From a virus, in IMG/VR virus record IMGVR_UViG_3300032288_003197, positions 8,340 through 72,339 of that record: a stretch of 64,000 nt of DNA; one strand, written 5' to 3'. The notes below the pieces were generated by a model. That model did not search any database and was not told the DNA's origin. It saw nothing but the letters and a program-made list of their open reading frames with translations. A program made the position numbers and the translations under genes. Below are positions 63,246 to 64,000 of this stretch, piece after piece (positions within the stretch are counted from its first letter, which is position 1; each line of letters opens with the position of its first letter).

Positions 63246-64000
63246 TTATTCAAGGCCCATTTGTTTTCTTATGTTTGTGGCCGAAATAGCAGTTATGGAT
63301 TCGTCAAAGGTTTCTTCGCCTGCGGTGTATCCCACGCCGCGGCCCCAGCCAATGTGCACGACGTTGGGAACCAGTTGAATTTCATATTGTCCCTGAAACA
63401 AGGGATCAAGGTCTCGCCGTATGAATCCGGCCACTTGCTCAAAGCTGAATGGATTTGATCCTTGCCAGCCCTGCACATCACGTATTTGAATAACCACTTG
63501 ACCGGTCTTGGCAATCAGTCGTTCAAACAATGCACGGTGCCCCTCATGCCAAGGTTGCCAACGTCCCAGCATTTGCACAGTTTCTTTTCTCCAATCAAAC
63601 TGGGGTCTACGACGATTTTCCACAATGTGTTCAGCAATGAATTCTGACCATTTTTCCCCGTTTTGTTCCGTGATTCTGAAGTCATATACTTCAGGTGGCA
63701 CAAACATTCGATTGGTATCTTCGTAGCGGCCAGCGTCAATGGTGTCCATCCAAATACACCAGTCTGCTCGGAAGTTGTTGCGCATTTCTGTCAGGGGCGC
63801 CACAAAGTCCACAATACAATAATCTGTATTAGAACTGTCTGCCAGTTCTCGCATGCGCAGACTTTGACGTATGCGCCCTTCACGTGAAAAATCCCAGTCA
63901 TTGAAGTGACGTCGAACTTCATCAGCATTGAGCCATCCCACCGTGGATCCATTCTGTTCCAATTGTGCCTTGAGCCGTTCGGCCAGGTAAGTTTTGCCAG
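63246..64000 (-). CDS. adenylylsulfate-kinase-like domain fused to a HIGH nucleotidyltransferase (5' end truncated by the window)
   Basis: GKTYLA, NADEVR ... DFSREGR; LGRWQPWHEGH; ISATNIR. Confidence 0.75.
   Translation of the reverse strand, partial: GKTYLAERLKAQLEQNGSTVGWLNADEVRRHFNDWDFSREGRIRQSLRMRELADSSNTDYCIVDFVAPLTEMRNNFRADWCIWMDTIDAGRYEDTNRMFVPPEVYDFRITEQNGEKWSEFIAEHIVENRRRPQFDWRKETVQMLGRWQPWHEGHRALFERLIAKTGQVVIQIRDVQGWQGSNPFSFEQVAGFIRRDLDPLFQGQYEIQLVPNVVHIGWGRGVGYTAGEETFDESITAISATNIRKQMGLE

Noticed and set aside
1-64000. Numerous plus-strand and alternative-frame ORFs in the track
   Set aside because: They are shadows of well-supported minus-strand genes and show no recognisable motifs. 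Only 61281..62432 is accepted on the plus strand.
1-64000. Stop-codon reassignment (alternative genetic code)
   Set aside because: Conserved genes are intact and densely packed under the standard code, and no suppressor tRNA is seen.

Overview
A 64 kb segment of a large T4-like (myovirus-type) dsDNA bacteriophage, almost entirely coded on the minus strand with a single plus-strand gene. It reads in the standard genetic code. Contents in window order: the acceptor piece of an apparently permuted (two-piece) tmRNA at the left edge; an operon of orphan solute-binding proteins (2 Bug/TctC, 1 DctP) with PP-loop and 2OG-Fe(II) enzymes; two tRNAs; an array of tiny modular ORFs joined by a repeated SD/stop/start junction; RNase H; a 7-deazaguanine DNA-modification pathway (folE, queD, queE, dpdL-like, dpdA-like) interleaved with nucleotide-sugar enzymes and glycosyltransferases; a putative clamp and PolB; a late region of probable head-packaged proteins including a 1368-aa multi-enzyme protein; ClpA/DnaJ; lectin-like proteins; and a GH19 endolysin/spanin lysis module. 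The most unusual signal is an ~75-nt intergenic element (35301-35375) made of exact matches to universally conserved 23S H69-H71 and 16S 530-loop sequences, which would be antisense to rRNA in the minus-strand transcript. Several other structured leaders and probably leaderless late mRNAs are also present. All protein calls come from motif recognition by eye; no database searches were run. Several start codons were moved from the ORF track to better-supported positions.
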